In this document: in pieces, positions 18,207-27,532 of the stretch
Numbering within the stretch: the stretch's first letter is position 1
Layout of the letters: every line of letters starts with the position of its first letter
Assembly (NCBI GenBank): GCA_045641045.1
Contig: JAZUGE010000057.1
Coordinates: forward strand, 4,259-68,258
Direction: 5' to 3'
Origin: Treponema sp.
GTDB taxonomy: Bacteria > Spirochaetota > Spirochaetia > Treponematales > Treponemataceae
Length of the DNA: 64,000 nt
Notes under the pieces: model-generated
What the model was told of the DNA's origin: nothing
The model's input: the letters and a program-made list of their open reading frames with translations, nothing else
The model's database searches: none
Made by a program: the position numbers and the translations under genes

Positions 18207-18989
18207 TTACTCAGGGATATTAAATATCTTACAGCTGTTTTTCCAAAGCTGCTGACTTAAATCCTCGATTGGCTTCTCAAGCATTTCACTTAAAAAGCGT
18301 GCAGTTGAAGGCAAGTATGATGGCATTGTTCGCTTTCGGTCTCGATACTGAGCAGGAATCATAAATGGACTTTCAGTCTCTATAAGTATACGATCCTCTG
18401 GTATATTGAGAACAGTTTCATGCAAATTGCGTGCATTGCGATATGTAAGATTACCTGCAAATGAAAAATATACATTAAGGCCTGCATCAAGACACATCTT
18501 TGCATAACTTGCATTTTCGCTGTAGCAATGCAAAATAGCACCAGCAGCTGGTATACGTTCTTTGAGTACTTCAAAAATATCTTTTCCTGCATCACGATTA
18601 TGGATAATTACAGGAAGGTTATACTTTTGAGCAAGTTCAAGCTGTGTAATGAACAGTTCTATCTGACTGCGTTTATCACCATACTGCTTGTAATAATCCA
18701 AACCTGTTTCACCTATGGCTACAACATTTGGCAAAGTAACATTTTGCTCTATGAACGAAATCCAGTCCTTTCCTGGATTCATAACTTCAGATGGAGCAAC
18801 ACCTATAGCATGATAAATACCAGTCATTGATTTAAGTGTTCCGTAAACCTTCTTAAAGTCATGGAGACTGTTATTTATACTGATAATACGTGTAACACCA
18901 GCCTGTTTAGCCTGCTGGATAACACGAAGCTGTTCAATAGGATCCTCATATATAAGGCCTATATGGGCATGAGTATCAAAAAATTGCAT
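18207..18989 (-). CDS. tatD: TatD-family hydrolase
   Basis: DTHAH, IGETGLD, IIHNRD, LHCYS and IETESP motifs. Confidence 0.9.
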   Translation of the reverse strand: MQFFDTHAHIGLIYEDPIEQLRVIQQAKQAGVTRIISINNSLHDFKKVYGTLKSMTGIYHAIGVAPSEVMNPGKDWISFIEQNVTLPNVVAIGETGLDYYKQYGDKRSQIELFITQLELAQKYNLPVIIHNRDAGKDIFEVLKERIPAAGAILHCYSENASYAKMCLDAGLNVYFSFAGNLTYRNARNLHETVLNIPEDRILIETESPFMIPAQYRDRKRTMPSYLPSTARFLSEMLEKPIEDLSQQLWKNSCKIFNIPE

Positions 18990-19065
18990 GGGCTTATCTT
19001 CCGGATATGATTTATAGGAGCGGAACGCTCTGAAACAAATAACACTTTATTAATGTTTCTGTCTT

Positions 19066-19137
19066 AGGATAACACAGTAAAATCCATGTGTCAAACTTTA
19101 TGCTTATTTGACAGAATCAAAAAATCTATGATAGTAT
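19066..19137. promoter_or_regulatory. Back-to-back divergent sigma70 promoters for tatD and the M23 operon
   Basis: Minus strand: TTGACA(19094-19089)-N17-TATCCT. Plus strand: TTGACA(19108-19113)-N18-TAGTAT with a TGn extension. Confidence 0.65.
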
Positions 19138-19182
19138 GAAATACTAGGATAGGTGTATTGTAATACCTTATGGAGAAGTAAA

Positions 19183-20205
19183 TTGGCAAAGACCAGACGT
19201 TATAAAAAAATTGAAAAAAGTCTCATTGCTTCATTCATTAGCCTCATAAAGGGTTTATTCTCGTTTATCTGGAGCGGAATCGTAAAGTTTTTTCATATCT
19301 GCGACAGTAAACTTACTATAATGATTGTACCTCACTCACAGGGTAAGGTAATTAATTTTCAGACTAACGCATTTGCACTTGTATTTGGCATTATACTTAT
19401 TGTTGGTATCGTTTCATCATTTGTATATTTCAAAAAGCAGGATATAGGTATTAAAGAAGAGCTTAGCCGCTCAATGAAAGAAAACCGCGAACTCCTCGCA
19501 AGCTTTGACGAACTGAGAGACGAAAACAACAATGTTATACAAACTGCAAAACGTTTTAAATCATCTCTGTCACAAACTTTGTCCTTACTTGGTATTAATC
19601 AATCTAATTCGGTTTCAAAAGCATCTTTAAGTTCAAGCGACTTAAACTCTTTATTTGATACACAGGATCAGATTACAGGCTCAACTCGCGAAGTTTCAGA
19701 TATACGCCAGCTTAATTCGTATCTTGAAAGTGCAATACAACCAATCGAGCAAATTGGTAAAATGCTTGAAAGCCAGGAAACTTTATTTACAGACATTCCA
19801 AACATTTGGCCTGTAAAAGGTGGAATTGGTCATATTTCAATGCAATTTGGACAGAACGTTCATCCAATTACAGGACAGTGGTATATCCACAAAGGCCTGG
19901 ACTTTAGTACATGGAGATCCGGAGATCCAATTGTTGCTACAGCAAATGGACAGGTTGTTACTGCGAGCTATGACTTTAGTTTTGGTAACTACGTTGTAAT
20001 AAAGCACAAGCATGGTATTTATACCCGTTACTGTCATATGAGTACAATCAGAGTAAAAAAGGGACAGTTTGTATCACAGGGTGATGTAGTTGGAGCTATT
20101 GGAAGTACAGGTATTGTAACTGGACCACATTTACACTACGAAGTACATATAGGTTCAGATGTAGTAGACCCTGCAAAATACATTAACGTAAAATTAGCAA
20201 AGTAA
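19183..20205 (+). CDS. Membrane-anchored M23-family metalloendopeptidase with coiled coil
   Basis: HKGLD (HxxxD) and HLH (HxH) motifs, TM helix plus coiled coil. Start moved to TTG 19183, which has a GGAG SD. Confidence 0.9.
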   Translation: MAKTRRYKKIEKSLIASFISLIKGLFSFIWSGIVKFFHICDSKLTIMIVPHSQGKVINFQTNAFALVFGIILIVGIVSSFVYFKKQDIGIKEELSRSMKENRELLASFDELRDENNNVIQTAKRFKSSLSQTLSLLGINQSNSVSKASLSSSDLNSLFDTQDQITGSTREVSDIRQLNSYLESAIQPIEQIGKMLESQETLFTDIPNIWPVKGGIGHISMQFGQNVHPITGQWYIHKGLDFSTWRSGDPIVATANGQVVTASYDFSFGNYVVIKHKHGIYTRYCHMSTIRVKKGQFVSQGDVVGAIGSTGIVTGPHLHYEVHIGSDVVDPAKYINVKLAK

Positions 20206-20210
20206 AAAAT

Positions 20211-20615
20211 ATGGCACTTACTGACAGCATTTCCATTAACAGCATTTTAGGTGAAGGCTCTTCAATATCAGGTGATTTAAAAATTAACGGATTTGCCCGT
20301 GTTGATGGAGATGTAGACGGCAATATTGAAGCAACAAACAATATTATTATTGGCGACAAAGCCAGAGTAAAAGGTAATATTACAGCAACTTCAGCAACAA
20401 TTCATGGTGTAGTATTGGGTGATGTATATGCTCCTCTGGGAGTAAAGTTAATGTCTACGTCTGCCGTTATTGGAGATATTATTACAAAAAAACTGATTGT
20501 CGAAGAAAACGTTATTATTCATGGTCATTGCATTTCATTACATGATGAGTCAGAGTACAACGATGCATTTACTGAATACACTGACGAGCACGCAATCCGA
20601 AACAGGGTATTATAA
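20211..20615 (+). CDS. Bactofilin (polymer-forming cytoskeletal protein)
   Basis: SILGEGSSISGDL...RVDGDVDGNI...IIGDKARVKGNI...IHGVVLGDV beta-helix repeats. Confidence 0.92.
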   Translation: MALTDSISINSILGEGSSISGDLKINGFARVDGDVDGNIEATNNIIIGDKARVKGNITATSATIHGVVLGDVYAPLGVKLMSTSAVIGDIITKKLIVEENVIIHGHCISLHDESEYNDAFTEYTDEHAIRNRVL

Positions 20616-21158
20616 ATGGCTGAGATAGATTCACTTAGCCCACAATCACTTTTTTTTGCAGCTACAGCTGCTTCATCACAATTAACTGCAAACAAAGCAA
20701 AATCAAAACAAAAAACTGCATCCACAAGTAAATCGCGTTTTGCAGCTGCATTATCACAAAAACAGGAAGAGACACAGCTTTTATCTGAAGGGTTACCGGT
20801 TGAACTTGCCGGTATGGAAATTGAGGAAGCATTTATATATTTAAAGGATCAGGCAGATTTGGCCAGTGACGAATTAAAAAAGAATCAAACACCACAAAAT
20901 ATTGAACAGTATAAACGAAAAGTAAGCCAGCTTTTGAGATACGTTGCTTACAATAATTATGAAGTCATAAAAAAGCAGGTTAGGGGAATTCGCCGTAAAA
21001 CAGGTAAACCAAGAGACCCAAGAGTACAAATAAAGATAATAAATGAACAGTTAAGTAAACTTACTGCCGATATTATATACAATCACGCAGACAACCTTGC
21101 AGTCTTAAAGCGTATTGAAGAGCTTAATGGTCTGATTATAGACTTGATTGCAGCATAA
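20616..21158 (+). CDS. YaaR / DUF327-family protein
   Basis: YK.KV..LL.Y...and C-terminal I.ELNGLIIDL pattern; directly upstream of the PSP1 gene. Confidence 0.7.
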   Translation: MAEIDSLSPQSLFFAATAASSQLTANKAKSKQKTASTSKSRFAAALSQKQEETQLLSEGLPVELAGMEIEEAFIYLKDQADLASDELKKNQTPQNIEQYKRKVSQLLRYVAYNNYEVIKKQVRGIRRKTGKPRDPRVQIKIINEQLSKLTADIIYNHADNLAVLKRIEELNGLIIDLIAA

Positions 21159-21178
21159 ATATAAAATAGGATAATCAT

Positions 21179-22108
21179 ATGAGTGATATTTTTGAACAGG
21201 ACATTGATACCTCAACTGTAGATTTAAGCAGTCTCGAAGATAAATACGACAAAAAAACAGAAGTCATAGATGATGACTATGTATATCCTGATCCTTTGTA
21301 TGCTACAAAACTTGATTACTCAAGTGAAATCGTTTATGTTTCTTTACCTGATGACTTTAGCCCTCTTGAAGCAGGTGATCATATTATTATCCCAACAAGA
21401 TATGGCAGAGACCTTGCAGTTGTCTTAGGTAAAATAAATAACCCAGTTGGCATCAAACCTTCTGAAATTGTTGAAATCGATCATAAAGCAAGCGAAGATG
21501 AACTTAAAAGATTAGTCGAGCTCGCTGAAAAAGAAGAAAGTGCCTTCAAAACATTTAAGGAAAAGGTTGTTTTACACAACCTTGATATGAAGCTTGTTGC
21601 GGTTCATTTTTTACTTGATGAGCAAAAAGCACTTTTCTTTTTCTCAAGTGACAATCGAGTAGACTTTAGAGAGCTTGTAAAAGATCTTGTCAGTGTATTT
21701 AAAATGCGTATTGAGTTACGTCAGATTGGTGTCCGTGATGAAAGCCGCATTACAGGAGGATTAGGAGTTTGTGGACGTCCTTATTGTTGCCACACTTTAA
21801 GTGATAAACTGCCTCCAGTTTCTATTAAAATGGCAAAAGAACAAAATCTTTCGTTAAACTCAATGAAAATCAGCGGCCAGTGTGGACGGCTCCTTTGCTG
21901 TTTGAGCTATGAGTACAACTGGTACTATGAAATACGAAAAAATCTTCCAAATGAAGGATTACACATATACTATGACAGTACAAACTTTAGAATCACAGAT
22001 GTTAATCCGCTGACTAAAATGATAAAAATGCTTGGAGAAGATGGTCGATTGCTTGAAATACCATCAAGTCGTTTTAACAAAGAAAACGGCAAGTGGCGCA
22101 TAAATTAG
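21179..22108 (+). CDS. PSP1-domain protein (RicT/YaaT family)
   Basis: RVDFRELVKDL, RIELRQIGVRDE, GVCGRPYCC and KISGQCGRLLCCL motifs. Confidence 0.9.
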   Translation: MSDIFEQDIDTSTVDLSSLEDKYDKKTEVIDDDYVYPDPLYATKLDYSSEIVYVSLPDDFSPLEAGDHIIIPTRYGRDLAVVLGKINNPVGIKPSEIVEIDHKASEDELKRLVELAEKEESAFKTFKEKVVLHNLDMKLVAVHFLLDEQKALFFFSSDNRVDFRELVKDLVSVFKMRIELRQIGVRDESRITGGLGVCGRPYCCHTLSDKLPPVSIKMAKEQNLSLNSMKISGQCGRLLCCLSYEYNWYYEIRKNLPNEGLHIYYDSTNFRITDVNPLTKMIKMLGEDGRLLEIPSSRFNKENGKWRIN

Positions 22109-22118
22109 TTTATTGAAT

Positions 22119-22160
22119 AAAAAAGCTGTTCATACACTTCAGTATGAACAGCTTTTTTTT
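22119..22160. terminator. Bidirectional intrinsic terminator
   Basis: AAAAAAGCTGTTCATAC/GTATGAACAGCTTTTTT between convergent genes. Confidence 0.85.
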
Positions 22161-22890
22161 AGCTTATAACACATATCAGATTATCACTGTCTGATGTAAA
22201 GTCATCCCTATAAAAATTACTAAAAAACTCTATCTTTGTAAAACCTGCTTTTTTAGCAAGTTCTTTTACATCACTGCGAGTTACAGGATATATGCTGACA
22301 TCTCTGGTTACAGGTATAATCTTACCGTTACCAGTTTCGAGATCTTGATTAAGAACAGTACTGTCATCATCTTTTGTAACAATCTGTGTGAAAAGCTTTG
22401 ATCGTATACTCTCCCTTACTGGTAAAAGCTGTTTAGGCCTTTGATTATATTTTTCAAAATTTGGTAAAGATATCACTAGCTTACCTTTTTTTGAAATAAG
22501 TTGTTTACAGTCATAAAACAATTTTGCAAGCAAAGTATAATCATGCGTATAAATGATACGATCATCCAGAATAGAAATAAGATTGTAAAATCCTTTTCCT
22601 AAGAATCTCGTCATTTCAAGTGAAGACATTTGAAAAAACCTGATTGCCATTAATTGTGTACGACGCCTGCGGTTTGCTGAAGCGATCATCTCTGATGAAG
22701 ATTCTATGCCAGTAACATCAGCACCCTCTTTTGCAAGATAATGTTCAAAAGAACCTGTTCCACAACCAATGCGAAGATATCTCACAGGTTTGCCATAAAT
22801 TGCACTTTCTTTTAAATAAAATTCTTTTTGGGCTTCTGTAACCGGATATAATTCATCATAGTATTCTACTATATTCTGATTTACATCCAT
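22159..22890 (-). CDS. Class I SAM-dependent methyltransferase
   Basis: Motif I-like YLRIGCGTG, VTGIESSSEMI. Confidence 0.75.
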   Translation of the reverse strand: MDVNQNIVEYYDELYPVTEAQKEFYLKESAIYGKPVRYLRIGCGTGSFEHYLAKEGADVTGIESSSEMIASANRRRRTQLMAIRFFQMSSLEMTRFLGKGFYNLISILDDRIIYTHDYTLLAKLFYDCKQLISKKGKLVISLPNFEKYNQRPKQLLPVRESIRSKLFTQIVTKDDDSTVLNQDLETGNGKIIPVTRDVSIYPVTRSDVKELAKKAGFTKIEFFSNFYRDDFTSDSDNLICVIS

Positions 22891-22896
22891 AATAAT

Positions 22897-22924
22897 ATTA
22901 TAAATCCAAACTGCAAAAATGCAA
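22897..22924 (-). promoter_or_regulatory. Sigma70-type promoter, probably leaderless (methyltransferase)
   Basis: Minus strand TTGCAT-N16-TATAAT-N6-ATG; no SD. Confidence 0.7.
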
Positions 22925-22962
22925 TTAATTTGTTTATAATAAGATATCTAATTATATTTGAC

Positions 22963-22997
22963 AAAAAAGGCAGCAAAGAAATCCTTTGCCGCCTTTT
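22963..22997 (-). terminator. Intrinsic terminator of the RND operon
   Basis: Minus strand AAAAGGCGGCAAAG-GATTT-CTTTGCTGCCTTTTTT. Confidence 0.75.
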
Positions 22998-23006
22998 AAA
23001 CTTTAT

Positions 23007-23333
23007 TTATACTTCAGTTGCATCACTTATAAAACAGGCTACACCTTCACCGATGTAACGCAATCGTAGTTTTTCTACAATCTCAATAATCTTTTGAGAC
23101 TCATCTTCTGTAGTATAAATTATGAACATTGTATTAAGCTGCGGCCAAATAGCATCCCCAAGCTTTGGATTAGAGTATCCGGCGCCCATTATACCCTTTA
23201 TCTTTGTATAACGGGCAGCAACTTTTTTTTCCTTAAAAAGCTGGTCAAAATCTTCTTCAAGAGCTTCTGAAAAAATAATCTCAACTCTTACAAGTTTTCC
23301 AGCATGCTGTCTTATATCATCAACATAACTCAT
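23007..23333 (-). CDS. Small P-II-like transporter-associated protein (PG0541-like family)
   Basis: YTKIKGIMGAGYSNPKLGDAIWPQLN pattern. Start moved to ATG 23333, 1 nt after the RND permease stop. Confidence 0.65.
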   Translation of the reverse strand: MSYVDDIRQHAGKLVRVEIIFSEALEEDFDQLFKEKKVAARYTKIKGIMGAGYSNPKLGDAIWPQLNTMFIIYTTEDESQKIIEIVEKLRLRYIGEGVACFISDATEV

Positions 23334-23334
23334 A

Positions 23335-26300
23335 TCAGATACCTGCCCCGAAATCCTTTTCCATACGCTTATTTGATTTTTCAATCTTACGCTGTAACTT
23401 TAACTCTGCTTTCCGAGCTTTTTTTGCTGCTTTATTTAAGCGACGGTTATTAACAATAAAATAAACAGTTGGCATTAAGAACAGTGTCATAACACTACCA
23501 AATGTCATACCACCAAATACAGTTAATGAAATTGGCTGCATGTTTGTACTACCTTCCCCAGGGAAGAAAGCCATTGGTGCCAGAGATATTACAGTTGTCA
23601 ATGTGGACATCAAAATTGGACGTAAACGGTTTCGAGAAGCCTGAATACAAGCCTCTTCAAGAGCATAGCCACGCTTTCTCAAAAGGTTTGTATAGTCAAC
23701 AAGTACGATACCGTTGTTTACGATTGTACCTACAAGAACAAGCATACCAATAATTGTAACTACATTAAGCTGATTGCGTGTAAGTGCGTAAATTGCTACT
23801 ACACCAATAAATGACAACGGAATTGTAAAGATTACAATAAATGGATCAATCAATGATTCAAACTGCGAAGCCATTACTACAAATACGAGTAAAGCAGCGA
23901 GGATAATTACAAGACCAAAGTTCACAACTGCAGTCTTCATTTCTTCCATATCACCAGAATAACTGATTACAACAGCTTCATCCTTTGGAATATTATCTTC
24001 AATAAGCTTAATAACACCGGCTTGAACCTTATCAAGTGATAAACCAGAAACAGGTTTAGCAGTTACGTGTAATATTCGTGACTGATTTTCACGGTAAATT
24101 GTTGTTGGTGCTGTTGTTTCCTCATAATGAGCAAAGCTTGATAAAGGTATACGCTGACCTGTACTTGAAATTACAGAGATACTATCAAGGTCAGCAAGTT
24201 TTGCTTTATCCTTTTCAGCAAGACGTACTATAACATCAATATCATCACCGCTTTTTGTAAAACGACTGGCAGTTTTACCATTGATTGCTGCTGCAATTTC
24301 GCTACCCAGAGAGTATACATTAATACCAAACTGGTACATACGATCACGATCAACTACAATTTCAGCCTGTGGTAAACCGTCTTTTAAGTCAGATTCGACT
24401 TCAACAACCCAATCTTTACCTTCTTCTTTAAGAAGTTTTTCAATTGCACGTGAAGTTGACTGAACAAGTTTTAAGTCATCAGACTTAATATTAATCTGTA
24501 CACCGCTTGAGCTTGATGCACTATTTGCATTTGATGCAAAAGTAAAGTCAGCTCCTGGGAACAAGTAAAAATATTTACGAAGTTTTTCTTTTGCAGTTTT
24601 TTCGTTATCCCAGCCCTTTTCGCGCTCTTCAGGAGGGTAGAGAGAAAAAATTATACTACCAGTATTTGTCTCTGAACCTGATGACATGGCACTAGTTCCA
24701 CCAGCAGTTACAATTGAAAACTTAACCCCCTTTAAGTCTTGTAATGCCATCTGTTCAAACTGCTGAGCTATTTCCTGGGTAGCTTCAACTTTGCTTCCTG
24801 TTGGCAGAGTAAGTGTTACCTGGATCATATTACTTGCAGATTCAGGCATAAAAATAAATCCTACAAACTTTACTGCAACAATTGACAGGACAAATAATCC
24901 CAAGAGCGAACTGATAAATACTTTTCTATGATGAAGTACAAAAGATACGCCCTTCGCATATTTTTCATCAAGTTTATCAAAAAAGTTATTAAATGCACGG
25001 TCAAGACCATACCAGAAACCTGACTTATCACTCACATCAAGTTTGCGGACAAACTTTGCAGAAAGTACAGGAACAAGACATACAGCAACAATTAACGAAC
25101 ACGATAAAGAGAAAATAATTGTCCATGCTACATCAGCAAAAAGTTGCCCCATAACACCAAGTTTTTTCTGGAACATAATCATAGGCAAGAAGATACAAAC
25201 AGATGTCAGTGTACTACCTGTAATAGACATAATCATTTCATGGCTACCAAGAATAGCTGCAACCTTTGGTTTTGTATCTCTCTGTATATAGGAATAAATA
25301 TTTTCCAGTACAACAATTGAGTTATCTACAAGCATACCAATACCCAATAACATACCAGCCATTGATATCTGGTTGATACTTATTCCCTTAAAGTACATAC
25401 AAAACAACGCAATCATTACAGAAATTGGAATTGATACACCAACAATGAGCGTACTCTTAAATGAGCGTAAGAATACGAGAAGAACTACTATAGCAAGAAG
25501 GGCACCCTGTACTACAGAACTTACAACTTCTGAAATTGTCTGCTCAATGATATCAGTTGTATTAAATGCCTCAACAATCTCAACATCAGTTGGTAACTCT
25601 TTCTTAAGCTTTTCAAGCTCTTTACGGATACGCTTTGCAGTGGCTACAGAGTTCTTACCTGACTGTTTTTGAACCATAAGAACAACACAAGGCTCCCCAT
25701 CAAGGAATGCCAAAGTTGTCTCATCTTTATAACCATCATAAACATCAGCTATATCACGCAAACGTATTGTCTTAAGCTCTCCAAGGCCACTTGCTTTATA
25801 ACTGATTACAGTATTACGCAAGTCATCAAGCGACTGATATTTACCATTTGTCTTAATAGAGTAGTTATAATCGCCGCTTTCAATAGTACCGCCGGAGCTC
25901 TGTACATTTTGAGAACCAATCATCTGTGCAACAGATGTAATGCTTAAACCATATGCTTCAAGACGATCTCGTGGAATATCAACATTAATAGACTCTTCAC
26001 GACCACCTGAAGCTGTTGCACTTGCAACACCATCAAGCTGCTCAAGTCGAGGACTAATTACATCTTCTGCATATTCACGAAGCTCTTCTGGAGTACGTGA
26101 ACCGCGCAAACCTAATCCCATGATTGGCATCATACTAGGATCAAGGCGCATAGTAATAGGGCTGTCCGCATCATCAGGTAAATACGTGCGGACCATATCT
26201 ATTTTATCTCGTATATTACCTACCGCAACATCAAGATTCGTACCATATTCAAGCTCTAGAATAACTAAGCTTAAGCCCGACATTGATCGGGACTGTATCT

Positions 26301-26535
26301 TTTTTAGACCTGATACACCAGAAAGAGCACTTTCAAGTGTACGTGTCAGGTTTTGTTCTACTTCTTCAGGACCTGCACCATTGTAAGTTGTAAATACAAT
26401 CATGTATGGGATATCCATATCAGGATACATGTCTACACTCATCTGTGTAGTACAAAATATACCCATCAGAACCATGATTAAAAATACAAGAACAGTTGTT
26501 GTAGGTTTTTTTACACATCGTTCAGATAATGTCAT
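23335..26535 (-). CDS. RND efflux transporter permease subunit (AcrB/AcrD/AcrF family)
   Basis: 1066 aa; GAGPEEVEQ, GMLVDNSIVVLEN, VNNGIVLVD and RLRPILMSTLTT; two large periplasmic loops. Confidence 0.93.
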   Translation of the reverse strand: MTLSERCVKKPTTTVLVFLIMVLMGIFCTTQMSVDMYPDMDIPYMIVFTTYNGAGPEEVEQNLTRTLESALSGVSGLKKIQSRSMSGLSLVILELEYGTNLDVAVGNIRDKIDMVRTYLPDDADSPITMRLDPSMMPIMGLGLRGSRTPEELREYAEDVISPRLEQLDGVASATASGGREESINVDIPRDRLEAYGLSITSVAQMIGSQNVQSSGGTIESGDYNYSIKTNGKYQSLDDLRNTVISYKASGLGELKTIRLRDIADVYDGYKDETTLAFLDGEPCVVLMVQKQSGKNSVATAKRIRKELEKLKKELPTDVEIVEAFNTTDIIEQTISEVVSSVVQGALLAIVVLLVFLRSFKSTLIVGVSIPISVMIALFCMYFKGISINQISMAGMLLGIGMLVDNSIVVLENIYSYIQRDTKPKVAAILGSHEMIMSITGSTLTSVCIFLPMIMFQKKLGVMGQLFADVAWTIIFSLSCSLIVAVCLVPVLSAKFVRKLDVSDKSGFWYGLDRAFNNFFDKLDEKYAKGVSFVLHHRKVFISSLLGLFVLSIVAVKFVGFIFMPESASNMIQVTLTLPTGSKVEATQEIAQQFEQMALQDLKGVKFSIVTAGGTSAMSSGSETNTGSIIFSLYPPEEREKGWDNEKTAKEKLRKYFYLFPGADFTFASNANSASSSSGVQINIKSDDLKLVQSTSRAIEKLLKEEGKDWVVEVESDLKDGLPQAEIVVDRDRMYQFGINVYSLGSEIAAAINGKTASRFTKSGDDIDVIVRLAEKDKAKLADLDSISVISSTGQRIPLSSFAHYEETTAPTTIYRENQSRILHVTAKPVSGLSLDKVQAGVIKLIEDNIPKDEAVVISYSGDMEEMKTAVVNFGLVIILAALLVFVVMASQFESLIDPFIVIFTIPLSFIGVVAIYALTRNQLNVVTIIGMLVLVGTIVNNGIVLVDYTNLLRKRGYALEEACIQASRNRLRPILMSTLTTVISLAPMAFFPGEGSTNMQPISLTVFGGMTFGSVMTLFLMPTVYFIVNNRRLNKAAKKARKAELKLQRKIEKSNKRMEKDFGAGI

Positions 26536-26578
26536 CTAAAATCTCCAGACAAATCTCATATATTAACAAACAAAAAAA

Positions 26579-27511
26579 CTACTCAGACTGAGCTACTGAA
26601 ATGATGTTTATTTTTGCACCATCATTCAAAAGGCCCTGTCCCTTTATTACAATTTCATCACCAGACTCAAGTCCTTTTGTTACTTCAGTCTTGTTATCAA
26701 CAGAAATACCTGTTGTAATTTTTTGCTGACGTACAGCAGCTGGTGTATCACCATTCTTCTGTGATGAAACAATGTAAACGTATGACTCACCATCACGTGT
26801 AACTATTGCAGGCGATGGTATTACAATTGCATTTTTTACACTGTCAGTTACAAGCTTAACACGTGCATACATACCAGCCTTTACACGACTGTCTGATTTT
26901 ACAAAACGAAGTTTTACGCCCATTGTGCGTGTCATTGTATCAAGAACAGGACTTACTTCAGTTACGCGAGCTGAAAAAACTTCATTTGGATATGCATCAA
27001 ATGTTACACTTGCAAGCTGCCTGTCCTGAATACGACTGATAAAGCGCTCTGGAATACTGATTTTAACTTCAAGTTCATCTGTACGGGCAACCTTTGCAAT
27101 ACTCATAGCCTGACTAACTGTATTACCAATAGTCACAGGCAGTGAAGTCACGCGGCCTGCAATAGGGGACTTTACAGGGCTTGTCTGATATGCATAACCG
27201 GCACGGCTGGCATCAACAAATGCGATTATATCATCTTTCTGAACCATATCACCAACGCTTACTTTTACGCTGGCAATTTTACCTGCAACGTCTGGCATTA
27301 CATCAACAGCATTTACACTGGCAACATCTCCACCAAACTCAAGATAATCGTCAAGATTTCCGTTTCCAGTTTTTAGCGTATTAACAGCAAAAAGAGTTTC
27401 AGACTCTTCCTTTGTGTCTGCAGTCTTTTTTCCACCACAACCAATAAGCATTGACATAACTGCAAGACCAGCAGTAAATGTTAATAAAGCAGATTTAATA
27501 CTACTCTTCAT
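26579..27511 (-). CDS. RND periplasmic adaptor (membrane fusion protein), lipoprotein
   Basis: Lipobox LIGC; VKSPIAGRV, F.A.V..VSPV.D..TRT, TGISVDNKTEV..GL..GD.IVIKG. Confidence 0.9.
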   Translation of the reverse strand: MKSSIKSALLTFTAGLAVMSMLIGCGGKKTADTKEESETLFAVNTLKTGNGNLDDYLEFGGDVASVNAVDVMPDVAGKIASVKVSVGDMVQKDDIIAFVDASRAGYAYQTSPVKSPIAGRVTSLPVTIGNTVSQAMSIAKVARTDELEVKISIPERFISRIQDRQLASVTFDAYPNEVFSARVTEVSPVLDTMTRTMGVKLRFVKSDSRVKAGMYARVKLVTDSVKNAIVIPSPAIVTRDGESYVYIVSSQKNGDTPAAVRQQKITTGISVDNKTEVTKGLESGDEIVIKGQGLLNDGAKINIISVAQSE

Positions 27512-27532
27512 ATATGTGTATCTCCTTATGTA

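Noticed and set aside
23335-26535. RND permease with VDNS and VNNG instead of AcrB's VDDA and Lys940
   Set aside because: These variants are common in this RND subfamily and are not evidence of inactivation.
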